A stretch of DNA of 64,000 bases from an uncultured Ideonella sp. GTDB lineage: Bacteria > Pseudomonadota > Gammaproteobacteria > Burkholderiales > Burkholderiaceae_C. The notes beneath the pieces were generated by a model. That model searched no databases. It was not told the DNA's origin and worked only from the letters and a program-made list of their open reading frames with translations. A program made the translations under genes and the position numbers. Below are positions 54,966 through 64,000 of the stretch, piece after piece. The stretch spans positions 7,190-71,189 of the forward strand of contig CBJNAE010000001.1 of the NCBI GenBank assembly GCA_966433995.1, given 5' to 3'. How positions within the stretch are numbered: position 1 is the stretch's first letter; the number at the start of each line of letters is the position of its first letter.

Positions 54966-56159
54966 TCAGCGCGTGAAGACCGTCAGCACGCCGGTGTAGC
55001 CGTAGAGGTGGCGCCGCGCGATCTCGCCGGCGGCGAAGAAGCCCACCAGGGGCACGTCGCCGAGCGCGTGGCGCACCGTGGCCAGCTCGGCGTGGGCCGC
55101 GCCGAAGTGCGGGCCGCCGCGGCCGGCGCAGCTCACGTAGATGGCGCCGGCCATGCGCGGCGCGGCGGCGACCGCGGCGGCCAGGCCCTCGGGGCCCTGC
55201 ATCGCGTGCGCAGGCGTCAGGGCCAGGGACTCGGGTTCCAGCTCGTCGCGGATCTCGGTGCAGATGCGCACCAGGTCGCGACGCGCGGCCTCGCGGTTGC
55301 GGGCGCAGAAGGCCAGTTTCTGGCCCTGCACCGCCTGGTCGGCGATCGCCAGGCCGCGGCGGGCCGGGTCCAGGCCCACCAGGTGGCGCACGCGGGTGTC
55401 GGTGCCGAACTGGCCTGGGCGCGCCAGCGCGTCGTCCGAGGCGTCGCTCAGCCCGACCAGGGTCTGGCGGAAACGGGGCAGGGCCTCGGGGTCGTCCAGG
55501 CCGGGCAGGGACAGGTCGCGCAGCAGGACGTCCAGCGCGGGTTCGCCGTCCAGCGCGAGCACGAGGTTGTGGGACGCCGCGGTGATGCGGCGCACCGGTC
55601 CCACGGGTTGGCAGCCCTGGGTGACGCGCGACACCAGGCCCACGCCGGGCCCGAAAGCCACGCCCGAAAGGCCGCCGGTGAAGACGCCGTTGGCGATGTG
55701 CGGCGAATGCGGCCCGCCAGGCTGGGCGGCGCCGCGGCCGCTGGCGACCCCGCCGAAGAGGTAGCCGCTCTCGGTGCGCCCGGCCATCTCGTTCAGCAGC
55801 TCGGCCAGGTCGGAGGTGTTCGGGTCGGCGTGGACCTGGGCGGTGGCGGCCCGCACGTCCGACAGCGGGGACGCGCCGGAGAACACGCGGAATCGGTCCG
55901 CGGGCAGGTCGCACAGCATGATGCTCAGCGCGGGCTCGTCGAAATACTCGACGCCGGTGGCGCAAATGCCCATGCCCACCGCGCCGACCCAGGCGGTGCC
56001 GGGCCAGCGCAAGCGCAGCTCGGCCAGCAGCGGTTCGGCGTCGAACGCGTAGGCCTCGGTGAGGTAGACCCAGCCCAGCGTGGGCGTGGAGGGCGACTGC
56101 AGGCCGGCCGCGCCGTGGCGCTGGGCCTCCAGCTGCGCGGCCGCCAGGGCCAGCGCCAT
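54966..56159 (-). CDS. FIST N/C-domain sensory protein
   Basis: LGWVYLTEAYAFDAEPLLAELRLRWPGTAWVGAVGMGICA...(FIST_N) and LVGLDPARRGLAIADQAVQGQKLAFCARN...YVSCAGRG...PLVGFFAAGEI (FIST_C). The coordinates use ATG 56159. The in-frame upstream peptide TPVFAQPHAPHPDWR looks like genuine FIST N-terminus, so the true start may be a non-ATG codon near 56207. Confidence 0.75.
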   Translation of the reverse strand: MALALAAAQLEAQRHGAAGLQSPSTPTLGWVYLTEAYAFDAEPLLAELRLRWPGTAWVGAVGMGICATGVEYFDEPALSIMLCDLPADRFRVFSGASPLSDVRAATAQVHADPNTSDLAELLNEMAGRTESGYLFGGVASGRGAAQPGGPHSPHIANGVFTGGLSGVAFGPGVGLVSRVTQGCQPVGPVRRITAASHNLVLALDGEPALDVLLRDLSLPGLDDPEALPRFRQTLVGLSDASDDALARPGQFGTDTRVRHLVGLDPARRGLAIADQAVQGQKLAFCARNREAARRDLVRICTEIRDELEPESLALTPAHAMQGPEGLAAAVAAAPRMAGAIYVSCAGRGGPHFGAAHAELATVRHALGDVPLVGFFAAGEIARRHLYGYTGVLTVFTR

Positions 56160-56203
56160 GCGCCAGTCGGGATGGGGGGCGTGGGGTTGCGCGAAGACGG
56201 GCG

Positions 56204-56935
56204 TCAGCGTGGGCCACCCGGTCGACGGCGGGCCGGCGCCGCTTTGCGCGCGGCCGGGGCGGCGCCCTTGGCCTTGCCGGACGCCGTTGCCGCGCGCTTG
56301 ACGGAACCCGCCGCCGCGCCCGCCGCTGCCCCAGCCGCCGACGCCGCGCCGCGCGCCATCTGCGCCGGCACGCCGGCCGCTTTCTTCAGTGTCTCGCTGG
56401 CCGCGTCCACGCTCTGCCTGAGCATGGTCGCACCGAGGTTCTTGGCGGCGTCGGTGGCGCTGTCCTTCATCGCCGTGGCCGCCAGTTCGGTGAACTGCTT
56501 GGTCAAAGCGCCCCACCACTGCATCGGGTCCACCGCGGCCGCGGGCAGGGCCTGGGCCGGCGTGCGCCCGGCCGGGGCATTTTTCCGGGGGGCAGGCGGC
56601 GGGGATTCCTCTTCGGCCCTTGCCGGCGCGGCGGCCGGCTTGATCTTCAGGGAGTCGCGCAGGTCTTCCATCTGCACGTTCATCGTCTTCAACGTGGACA
56701 GCGTCATGCGCTGCACCTCCAGCGCCTGGATGGTGGCGCCGAGCATGCGCGCGTTCTGCTCCAGCCAGAACTGCACGGTGCGCAGCTCTTCGATGCGTTT
56801 TTCCAGCTCCTCGGGGTTGAGCGTCGGCGCCACCCATTGCCCGATGTTCGGCAGCGCCGCGCCCGCGTTCTTGACCAGGCCTTGCAAGAAATCGAAACCT
56901 GGGACGAGTTTGGTGAAATTCGGTGCTTCGGCCAT
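56204..56935 (-). CDS. phaM: PhaM-like polyhydroxyalkanoate granule-associated protein with an Ala/Lys-rich C-terminal tail
   Basis: The N-terminal FTKLVPGFDFLQGLVKNA...PTLNPEELEKRIEELRTVQFWLEQNARMLGATIQALEVQRMTLSTLK resembles PhaM. The tail is KKAAGVPAQMARGAASAAGAAAGAAAGSVKRAATASGKAKGAAPAARKAAPARRR. Confidence 0.65.
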   Translation of the reverse strand: MAEAPNFTKLVPGFDFLQGLVKNAGAALPNIGQWVAPTLNPEELEKRIEELRTVQFWLEQNARMLGATIQALEVQRMTLSTLKTMNVQMEDLRDSLKIKPAAAPARAEEESPPPAPRKNAPAGRTPAQALPAAAVDPMQWWGALTKQFTELAATAMKDSATDAAKNLGATMLRQSVDAASETLKKAAGVPAQMARGAASAAGAAAGAAAGSVKRAATASGKAKGAAPAARKAAPARRRPGGPR

Positions 56936-57116
56936 GGCGGTTGTCTCCTGTGGGCTGTCCTGCCCGTTCGATGGGTGCCCCGGCGCGGTCAAGGATCCAC
57001 CGGTTCCGCTGGGGGCTGCCTTTGTTCCCGCGGTCGCCGCAGCGACAGGGGATTTCGATTGTGCCCGCTCGCCGATGCGCCGACGCTGCGGGGCAAGCGT
57101 CGAACCCGGAAGGAAT

Positions 57117-58124
57117 TCACCAAGCCACCCGCTCCACCCGGTAACCCTTGAGGGCCATCAGCGCGGGCAGGCCGGCGGGGCCGATCATGTGCAGGCTGCC
57201 GACCGCGGCGAAGACCGGCCGGCCTTGCCGGTGGAGGGCGTCGACGCGGTCGGCCATCGCGGGGTTGCGTCCACCGAGCAGGCGGTCGAGCATCGCGCGT
57301 TCGGCCGGCGTGCCGACGCAGCCGCACCATTGCTCGTAGCTTTCCAGTTGCGGCTGGTCGCCGTCCGCCCAGGTTTGCGCGATGCGCAGCAACAGCCCGC
57401 GGGCCTCGCCGGATTCCAGGTCGGACAGGCCGCGGTCCAGCAGGGTCAACTGGTCCCGGCCATTGGGGGCGCTGAGCAGCCCGAGCTGGCCTTGCGGGGT
57501 TTCCAGCGACAACACGGGCTTGCCCAACGCCCGCGCGTAGCCTGCGAGGAAGTTGTCGATGCCGTAGCTGGCATCGATGCCGTCGCGGCGGCCGGCCATC
57601 ACCACCACGGTCGCCAGCTGCATTTCGGGGCTCATGCGTCCAAGCTGGGCCTGCTGTTTGGGTGCGAGGCATTGCTCGCGCATCTGCCGCTGCATCCGCT
57701 GGCGGATTTTCTTCATCTCGGCCTCCGGAAGCGCCGCGCCGCGGTGGGCTGAGAAGCTGCTGGCCACCTGCTGCTGGATGCCGGGGTCGAGCATGTCCAG
57801 TTCCAGGGCCACCACGCTGGATTCGGCCAGGGCCTGGCTCACGCGGGGGCCTGGGAACATCCAGTCGAAGCGGGCGGCATGGATGGTGCCGTACAAATAG
57901 GATGTGCGGCCATCGCGCGTGACGCGCCAGAGGAAACCGCGGTCGCGCGCCTGACGCATGCCGGCTTCCATCTGGGACTGCGTGGGCGCGGTGGCTTGCG
58001 GCGGGCAGGGCGGGGGCGCCGGGTCGGCGGCGTCCTGCGCCTGGGTGCCCCGCAGGCCGGCCCAGGCCAGCAGGGCCAGCAGCGCCGCGAGACGCGCGGC
58101 CCGCTGAGTCAAGAGTTTCGTCAC
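57117..58124 (-). CDS. TraB/GumN-family protein (secreted)
   Basis: GTG start. The signal-like LLTQRAARLAALLALLAWAGL is followed by FLWRVTRDGRTSYLYGTIH...ALELD...GIDNFLAGYA...FAAVGSLHMIGPAGL, which are TraB/GumN motifs. Confidence 0.78.
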   Translation of the reverse strand: MTKLLTQRAARLAALLALLAWAGLRGTQAQDAADPAPPPCPPQATAPTQSQMEAGMRQARDRGFLWRVTRDGRTSYLYGTIHAARFDWMFPGPRVSQALAESSVVALELDMLDPGIQQQVASSFSAHRGAALPEAEMKKIRQRMQRQMREQCLAPKQQAQLGRMSPEMQLATVVVMAGRRDGIDASYGIDNFLAGYARALGKPVLSLETPQGQLGLLSAPNGRDQLTLLDRGLSDLESGEARGLLLRIAQTWADGDQPQLESYEQWCGCVGTPAERAMLDRLLGGRNPAMADRVDALHRQGRPVFAAVGSLHMIGPAGLPALMALKGYRVERVAW

Positions 58125-58189
58125 GGCGTCCCGGCGGGGTGTGTCGCTGCCTCGTCGACCTTCGGCCGAATGGGTGCCGGCTTCCGTTG

Positions 58190-59191
58190 TCACGCTTCGG
58201 TGTCGGCCGGCGCGTTGACCACCACCGCCTGGTCGATCGCGCCGAACATGCTTTGGCCGTCCGGCCCGTTCATCTCGATGCGGATGGTGTCGCCGTGGCG
58301 CATGAAGCCGGTGCGGGCCTCGCCGTGCTCGATGGTCTCGATCGCCCGCTTCTCGGCGATGCAGGAGTAACCGCGGGTCCAGTCCTTGTTGCTGACCGTG
58401 CCGCTGCCGACGATGGTTCCGGCGCGCGCCCGCCGCGTCTTGCACAGGTGGGCGATCAACTGGCCGAAGTGGAAGGTCATCTCCGGGCCGGCGTCGCACA
58501 GGCCGACGCGCTTGCCGTTCCAGGTGCTTTGCAGCGCCAGGTGCACGCGGCCGCCCTGCCAGGCGGCGCCCAGCTCGTCGGGCGTGACCGCGACCGGGCT
58601 GAAGCCGGTGGCGGGCTTGCTCTGCAGGAAGCCGAAGCCCTTGGCCAGTTCGGCCGGAATGAGGTTGCGCAGGCTCACGTCGTTGGCCAGCATCACCAGG
58701 CGCACGCTCGCCAGCGCCTGCTCGTCGGAGGCGCCCATCGGCACGTCGCCGGTGACCACCGCGACCTCGGACTCGAAGTCGATGCCCATCTTCTCGCTGG
58801 GCACCACGATGTCGTCGCAGGGGCCGAGGAAATCGTCGCTGCCGCCCTGGTACATCAGCGGGTCGGTGTAGAAGCTTTCGGGCATGTCGGCGCCGCGCGC
58901 CTTGCGCACCAGCTCCACATGGTTGATGTAGGCCGAGCCGTCCACCCACTGCGTGGCGCGGGGCAGCGGCGCCATGCACATCTTCGGGTCGAAGGGGAAG
59001 GCGTGGCGCGCCTTGCCGTGGTTCAGGGCCGCGGAAAGGTCTTCCAGCTGCGGCGAAAGGAAATTCCAGTCGTCCAGCAGCTGCTGCATGCGGGTGGCGA
59101 TGCCGGTCGCATAATGGGCCGTGCCCAGGTCGCGGGAAACGACGACCAGTTGCCCGTCGCGGGAACCATCTTTGTAGCTGGCGAGTTTCAT
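58190..59191 (-). CDS. fumarylacetoacetate hydrolase (FAH)-family protein
   Basis: MKLASYKDGSRDGQLVVV...DFESEVAVVTGD...GTVSN. This is a long N-terminal-domain form of the FAH family. Confidence 0.85.
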   Translation of the reverse strand: MKLASYKDGSRDGQLVVVSRDLGTAHYATGIATRMQQLLDDWNFLSPQLEDLSAALNHGKARHAFPFDPKMCMAPLPRATQWVDGSAYINHVELVRKARGADMPESFYTDPLMYQGGSDDFLGPCDDIVVPSEKMGIDFESEVAVVTGDVPMGASDEQALASVRLVMLANDVSLRNLIPAELAKGFGFLQSKPATGFSPVAVTPDELGAAWQGGRVHLALQSTWNGKRVGLCDAGPEMTFHFGQLIAHLCKTRRARAGTIVGSGTVSNKDWTRGYSCIAEKRAIETIEHGEARTGFMRHGDTIRIEMNGPDGQSMFGAIDQAVVVNAPADTEA

Positions 59192-59288
59192 GGCGGATGG
59201 AAAAGGGTGGGTTCCGGAAAGAGTGATGAGTGAATGTGAGCGTGCACGCGGCCGCCGGGCGAAGGCGTAGAGGAAGAAAAGCAGGCCG

Positions 59289-60491
59289 ATGAAGCAAGAA
59301 GCATCGCCATTGTCGGTGCAGTCCCCCCTGCCTGCCGCGCCGCGGCCCGCCTTGCGGCCCGGTCCCCGCGAGATGCTGGTCCTGGTGTCGGCCGCCGTGC
59401 TCGGCCATTGGCTCTTGCTCGGCGGTTGGCAGCTCGGTGCCAGCGGCCAGCCGCCCTCGGTGTCCGCGGGGATGACGCTGGTTCAGCTGCGCCCGGCGAT
59501 GGATCCGCCACCGGCGCTCCCGCGGCAGGCTCCGCCGGCTACCGGCCAGTCGCCCGTTGCGGCGCCCGAGCCACCGGCGCCGGAAACCCTGGCCCCGCCC
59601 GCCGCTGCCGAGTCCGCCGCGCAGGCGCGGCAGCCGGAGGCGGCGCAGGCCGACCCGCCCGCGGCTTCTTCCGCGGACGCCCCACAGGCATCCGCGCCCG
59701 CCGACGCCCCGCCGCAGGGCGCCGAGGCGTCCGCCGAGGCGGAAACGCCGACTGCCGCGGCGGCGTCATCGCCCGCCGCGGCACAGGCGCAAACCCAGGC
59801 ACAGGCGGACGCTGCGCCGACGGCCCAGGCCTTGCCGGGCGTCGAATCCGAGGTGCCGGTCTACAGCGTCGCGCTGCCGCCGGCTTTCTCCACCCGCTAT
59901 GAATTCAAGCGAGGCGCCTTGGGAGGCACGGCGGAGCTGTCCTGGGCGCCGTCCGGCGGCCGCTACAACCTGCGGCTGCAGGCCCGCCTGGGCGAGGTGA
60001 CGGTGCTCACCCAGACCAGCGAAGGCCGTTTCGAAAACACCGGCCTGCAGCCCCAGCGCTTCGTCGACCAGCGCATCGGCCGCACCGCGCTGGCCGCCAA
60101 TTTCCAGGGCGACAAGGGCCTCATCAGCTTCTCCGGCCCGACGCACACCTACGCCTGGCGGCCGGGCACCCAGGATAGGCTGAGCTGGTTGGTCCAACTG
60201 CCCGGCATCCTGGCGGCCGAGTCGACGCGGCTGGCGCCAGGCCAGCATTTCGCGATGGTGGTGGTGGGCGCGCGGGGCGATGCCGATGTCTGGACATTCC
60301 GGTTGATGGGCTGGGACGAGGTGGCCACCCGGTCCGGCGCGGTGCGGTGCGTCAAGCTGCTGCGCGAGGCCCGTCACGCGCACGACCAGCAGGTGGAAGT
60401 GTGGCTCGACGCCCAGGGCCACTATCTGCCGGTGCGCGCCCGCATCGGTGGCCCCGACGACGCCCGGCCCTACGAGCTGTTGCGCCAATAG
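59289..60491 (+). CDS. DUF3108-domain protein with a long Ala/Pro-rich linker
   Basis: An N-terminal TM segment (MLVLVSAAVLGHWLLLGGW), a ~120-aa low-complexity A/P/Q region, then a C-terminal beta-rich domain (YEFKRGALGGTAELSW...YNLRLQARL...VEVWLDAQGHYLPVR) resembling DUF3108. Confidence 0.65.
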   Translation: MKQEASPLSVQSPLPAAPRPALRPGPREMLVLVSAAVLGHWLLLGGWQLGASGQPPSVSAGMTLVQLRPAMDPPPALPRQAPPATGQSPVAAPEPPAPETLAPPAAAESAAQARQPEAAQADPPAASSADAPQASAPADAPPQGAEASAEAETPTAAAASSPAAAQAQTQAQADAAPTAQALPGVESEVPVYSVALPPAFSTRYEFKRGALGGTAELSWAPSGGRYNLRLQARLGEVTVLTQTSEGRFENTGLQPQRFVDQRIGRTALAANFQGDKGLISFSGPTHTYAWRPGTQDRLSWLVQLPGILAAESTRLAPGQHFAMVVVGARGDADVWTFRLMGWDEVATRSGAVRCVKLLREARHAHDQQVEVWLDAQGHYLPVRARIGGPDDARPYELLRQ

Positions 60492-60733
60492 TTGGCATTC
60501 CAGGTCATTGCCTGGCGACATGCCCCCTCGACTGCGGGGGGAAAACACGCTTGGGGCGCGGCCCGCGCGCACTGCACCCGATTGAAACTTGTCATACTGG
60601 CCCCAGCTCGGTTGCATCAGGAAACAAGGAAAGGCGTACAGGCGGGAACGGCGGATGCCCCATCGCTGTCGAACCTGCCGCATGTCCCGCGGCTTTCCAG
60701 TTGCGGCATTCATTCACCACCGGGAGGGCTTCC

Positions 60734-61045
60734 ATGCATATGCTTTACAACTCCGACAGTTTCGTGGTGGTCGAGTTCGACGTACCGACCTCCCAATTGG
60801 GCCTGGTCTGCGTCTACGACGCCGACGCGGCGCCCGAGGCGAAAGACCTCTCCGTGCTCAGGCGTGGTGGCTTCGAGATCGTCGACAAGTTCGCGCGCAA
60901 GGAGATCTTCATCGAAGGTGCTCTGGCGCACAGCTTCAAGGCGGGCGTCGACGCCCTCATCCTCACCCAGCCCACCGAAGAGGAGCTGGACGACTACATC
61001 GGCCGCTTCGCCTCGCTGATGCACCACCCCGTCGTCTCCCACTGA
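60734..61045 (+). CDS. DUF3567-family small protein
   Basis: MHMLYNSDSFVVVEFDV...GGFEIVDKFARKEIFIEGALAHSFKAGVDALI...PTEEELDDYIGRF resembles the DUF3567 family conserved in Burkholderiales. Confidence 0.6.
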   Translation: MHMLYNSDSFVVVEFDVPTSQLGLVCVYDADAAPEAKDLSVLRRGGFEIVDKFARKEIFIEGALAHSFKAGVDALILTQPTEEELDDYIGRFASLMHHPVVSH

Positions 61046-61278
61046 AGCGGCCGGCCACCGCGGTGCTTGCGCTCCTTCGCCTTCAACGCGGGGGCGGTCC
61101 CTGTTCAATTTTTCGGCGCGCACGCGACGTTTGCATGGGCGCCGTGCTGAATCGCACACGCGGGCAGGCATGTCTTGCTGGTGCTCGCCATCTTGCGTTA
61201 TCGTGGTTTTGAACATGGCGCCCGCCTGCCGTCCCTGCGCGAGCGGTCGCGAAGGCGGCGAATTCGAAGCGACTGGAG

Positions 61279-63600
61279 GTGACGATGACTCTGACGCGCG
61301 GCCGGCGTGCCGAGGGCCTTGGACGCATGTGGCTGTCGCCCGGCTTGAACGAAGCGCCGGTGCTGGACCGCATGTGCTCGCAGTTCGTGTTGACGCTGAC
61401 GATGCGCCACGCGGGCCGCTTCAACCTGCGCCGCGACTGGAACAGCCTGCTGGCGCTCACCGGCAAGCACCTGGTCTGGCCCGAATCGGTGCTGGCGCGC
61501 GTGCGCGACTACCTGGCCCAGCGCTGCAAGGCCAACGAGCAGTGGCAGGGCCACGAGTCCCTCGGCCACGAAGGCTTCATGCAGCGCTACGGCGAGTGGC
61601 GCGGCCCCTATGAGGAAGGCACGCTCTTCTTCTACCTCGACGAATACATCAAGGATGCGCCGAAGGACTTGCTGGCTGTCCTGGGCGCCACCAACGACTG
61701 GCTGGAGAGCAGCCTGAAGAAGGAGTCCACCCTCGTCCAGAAGAACATCGACGCGCTGGGCGGCCTGCTGCAGCTCAACCCGGCCGAACGCGCGCTGCTG
61801 TTGTACGGCACGCTGGCGCGCTACCAGCGCGAGCTGCGCGGCCTGCTGGTCGAGTTCAAGGTGTCCAACGCCCAGGAAGCCCACGCCGCGATCGCCGCGG
61901 TGGCCGGCGTCAACGAGGCCGAGGTGGCCGAGGCGCTGCGCGCCGGCTCCCGCCTGGAGCGCATCGGCATGGTGGAGAACCTCATCTCCGAACACAACAT
62001 CACCGACCTGGCCGACCTGATGAAAGTCAGCGACCAGATGCCGCCGGTGCTGATGCGCCACTACGAGGGCCCTTCCGACCTGATGGCGGTGTTCACCCGC
62101 CCGGCCAAGCGCAGCGAGCTGGCGCCGGCCGATTTCCAATACGTGGCGCAGGACCAGCAGGTGCTCACCGCCATGCTGCGCAACGCGGTGGCGCGCAAGG
62201 AGCCCGGCGTCAACGTGCTGCTCTACGGTCCGCCCGGCACCGGCAAGACGGAGCTGGCCAAAGTGGCGGCGCAGGCGGCGGGGCTGGAGCTTTACGAGGT
62301 GGAGTACGCCGACCGAGACGGCAACTCGCTGTCGGGCCGCGACCGCTACCGCTCGCTGCAGATCAGCCAGGTCTTCCTCAAGGGCAGCGGCAACGTGGCC
62401 CTGCTGTTCGACGAGGTGGAAGACGTCTTCCCGCCGATCTCCACCGACACCGCCCAGCTGATGGCGCGCATCGACACCGGCGACGGCACGCTCAGCGGCA
62501 GCGTCAGCGGCAAGGCCTGGGTGAACCAGATCCTGGAGACCAACCCCGTCCCGGTGATCTGGGTGACCAACCGCATCGAGCAGATCGACCCGGCCTTCCG
62601 CCGCCGCTTCCAGTACCACCTGGAACTCAAGAGCCCGCCGCCCGGCGCCCGCCAGGCCCTGGTCAGCCGCGCGCTGGCCGGCGTGCCGGTGAGCCAAGGC
62701 TTCGCATCGCGGCTCGCCGAACGCCGCGGCCTCACGCCCGCGCAGGTGCGCACGGCGGTGAAGTTCGCGCGCCTGAGCAGTGCCGGCGACGACGAGATCG
62801 AAGGCCTGATCGAACGCCAGCTGGGCAACGCCGACCGCGCCCTCGGCCACCATCCCGGCGAGCGCGGCGCGCGGGCCGTGGTCACGGCCTACGACCTCGA
62901 CCTGCTGAACACCGAGTCGCGTTTCCCGGTGCCCCGGGTGGTCGAGGCCTTGAAGAAGAAGGGCCACGGCTGCCTGTGCTTCTACGGCCCGCCGGGCACC
63001 GGCAAGACCGCGCTGGCCGAGCACATCGCCCAGGCGATGCAGCGCCCGCTGATGATCCGCCAGGCCTCCGACATCATGAGCAAGTTCGTCGGCGAGACCG
63101 AGCAGAACATGGCCCGCATGTTCTCCGACGCCGAAAGCGAGCAGGCGGTGCTGCTGCTCGACGAGGCCGACAGCTTCCTGCGCAGCCGCCAGATGGCCGA
63201 GCGCAACTACGAGGTCAGCGAAGTCAACGAGATGCTGCAGGGCATGGAGCGCTTCGCCGGCACCTTCATCTGTACCACCAACCTCTTCGCCGAACTGGAC
63301 GAAGCCGCGCTGCGGCGCTTCACCTTCAAGATCCGCTTCCAGCCGCTGCTGGCGGCGCAGCGCGAGCGCATGTTCGTGAACGAGGCGCTGGCGGGCGACG
63401 CCGGCTTGCTGTCGGCCGAGCACCGGGCCCGGCTGTCGCAGTTGGATGCGCTGGTCCCGGGCGATTACGCCGCGGTCAAGCGGCAGGCCGAGATCCTGGG
63501 CGAAGAACTCACCGCCGACGAATTTCTGGCCCAGCTCGAAGGTGAGCACCGCGTCAAACCCGAGGTCAGGCGCCAGCGGCGCATCGGTTTTTCTCCTTAG
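61279..63600 (+). CDS. tandem AAA+ ATPase (two classic-clade AAA modules) with a ~300-aa unassigned N-terminal region
   Basis: D1 has Walker A LLYGPPGTGKTE (about 62221-62256), Walker B LLFDEVED, and DPAFRRRF. D2 has Walker A FYGPPGTGKTA (about 62983-63015), Walker B LLLDEADSF, and DEAALRRF. ATG 61285, preceded by GGAGG, is an alternative start. Confidence 0.82.
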   Translation: MTMTLTRGRRAEGLGRMWLSPGLNEAPVLDRMCSQFVLTLTMRHAGRFNLRRDWNSLLALTGKHLVWPESVLARVRDYLAQRCKANEQWQGHESLGHEGFMQRYGEWRGPYEEGTLFFYLDEYIKDAPKDLLAVLGATNDWLESSLKKESTLVQKNIDALGGLLQLNPAERALLLYGTLARYQRELRGLLVEFKVSNAQEAHAAIAAVAGVNEAEVAEALRAGSRLERIGMVENLISEHNITDLADLMKVSDQMPPVLMRHYEGPSDLMAVFTRPAKRSELAPADFQYVAQDQQVLTAMLRNAVARKEPGVNVLLYGPPGTGKTELAKVAAQAAGLELYEVEYADRDGNSLSGRDRYRSLQISQVFLKGSGNVALLFDEVEDVFPPISTDTAQLMARIDTGDGTLSGSVSGKAWVNQILETNPVPVIWVTNRIEQIDPAFRRRFQYHLELKSPPPGARQALVSRALAGVPVSQGFASRLAERRGLTPAQVRTAVKFARLSSAGDDEIEGLIERQLGNADRALGHHPGERGARAVVTAYDLDLLNTESRFPVPRVVEALKKKGHGCLCFYGPPGTGKTALAEHIAQAMQRPLMIRQASDIMSKFVGETEQNMARMFSDAESEQAVLLLDEADSFLRSRQMAERNYEVSEVNEMLQGMERFAGTFICTTNLFAELDEAALRRFTFKIRFQPLLAAQRERMFVNEALAGDAGLLSAEHRARLSQLDALVPGDYAAVKRQAEILGEELTADEFLAQLEGEHRVKPEVRRQRRIGFSP

Positions 63601-63629
63601 CGCGTTGAGTGCGCGCGATCGCAGCGCTC

Positions 63630-63810
63630 CGGAACCATCGGAAGTCTTTGATCTCTCGATGTGCCACCGTTGGTTTCGAGCGAGGGACAGGGGCCAGGGG
63701 CGCAGCGAAGTCAAGGAGGAGTGGGCGAAGCCCACGGGGGACATGAGCGGAGCCCCTGGCCCCTGGCCCTCGCGACGTTCCTTCCTTCGCAAGCTGCGCT
63801 GCGACGGGAG
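63630..63810 (-). repeat. MITE/REP-like repeated element, copy 2 (core 63680-63773), inverted relative to copy 1
   Basis: The core runs GCGAGGGACAGGGGCCAGGGG...CCCCTGGCCCCTGGCCCTCGC, with one mismatch in the terminal inverted repeat. The interior is the reverse complement of the 24552-24645 interior with a few substitutions. Confidence 0.75.
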
Positions 63811-63861
63811 CAAGAATTCGTCAACCCGCCTTCCCACTCGTCGTTTTTTACAATCGACCCC

Positions 63862-64000
63862 ATGAAGCCCATCGCCTACACCCGCGCCCAAGCCCTGCCC
63901 GAGATCATGAAAGAGCGCATCGTCGTGCTCGACGGCGCCATGGGCACGATGATCCAGCGCTACAAGCTCACCGAGGCCGATTACCGAGGCGCCCGCTTCG
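63862..64000 (+). CDS. metH: methionine synthase, N-terminal homocysteine-binding domain (3' end outside the window)
   Basis: [46 protein letters not shown] matches the MetH N-terminus (ILVLDGGMGTMIQ...EADFRGERF in E. coli, from memory). Confidence 0.85.
   Translation, partial: MKPIAYTRAQALPEIMKERIVVLDGAMGTMIQRYKLTEADYRGARF

Noticed and set aside
60570-60640. Sigma-54 or sigma-70 promoter upstream of the DUF3567 gene (TTGAAAC...TCATACT and TGGCCCCAGCTCGGTTGCAT)
   Set aside because: The TTGAAA-to-TCATAC spacing is far too short for sigma-70. The GG-to-GC spacing is 3 nt too long for a -24/-12 promoter.
63601-63861. Possible SAH or cobalamin riboswitch upstream of metH
   Set aside because: I found no GAGGAGCG / AGGCUCGG / GCGCUCAC SAH motifs and no B12-box-like sequence. 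Most of the gap is occupied by the MITE-like repeat copy. It would still be worth a cmsearch.

Overview
This is a very GC-rich chromosomal segment. Gene content and synteny look betaproteobacterial (Burkholderiales, Comamonadaceae-like); that placement is by eye, with no search run. I call about 60 protein genes. I saw no rRNA, tRNA, CRISPR array, IS element or prophage.

The backbone is housekeeping:
- Methyl-cycle genes: metF, ahcY preceded by a clear SAH riboswitch, metK, and the 5' end of metH.
- Two lipid A late acyltransferase-like genes, dapF-DUF484-xerC, glcDEF, uup, and a TctDE two-component pair with two TctC-type binding proteins.
- PhaM-like, FIST, FAH, DUF3108 and DUF3567 genes.

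Accessory or poorly understood parts:
- A hipBA toxin-antitoxin pair with an AT-rich operator-like region.
- A VanW-glycosyltransferase fusion after xerC.
- A Lon-type AAA+ ATPase plus a 968-aa FN3/Ig/IPT protein, followed by a perfect 25-bp palindrome.
- An 8-gene translationally coupled operon (EamA, LysE, cupin, aminotransferase, 2x PhzF, NAT, VOC) divergent from a MocR regulator.
- A periplasmic-type glycosylation cluster: acyltransferase_3, two tandem GT-C paralogs and a GT2-GtrA fusion.
- A four-gene cassette of unassignable proteins, in which two paralogs bracket two small membrane proteins.
- A double-AAA+ ATPase with an unassigned N-terminal domain.

Non-coding structure includes REP-like hairpin repeats, a 22-nt tandem array, a relic copy of the metK 3' end, and a MITE-like element present twice in opposite orientation.

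The best candidates for something undescribed are the 38.6-41.5 kb cassette and the MocR-linked operon. I cannot demonstrate a new system from sequence alone. Many long ORFs in the track are GC-driven shadow ORFs and were ignored.
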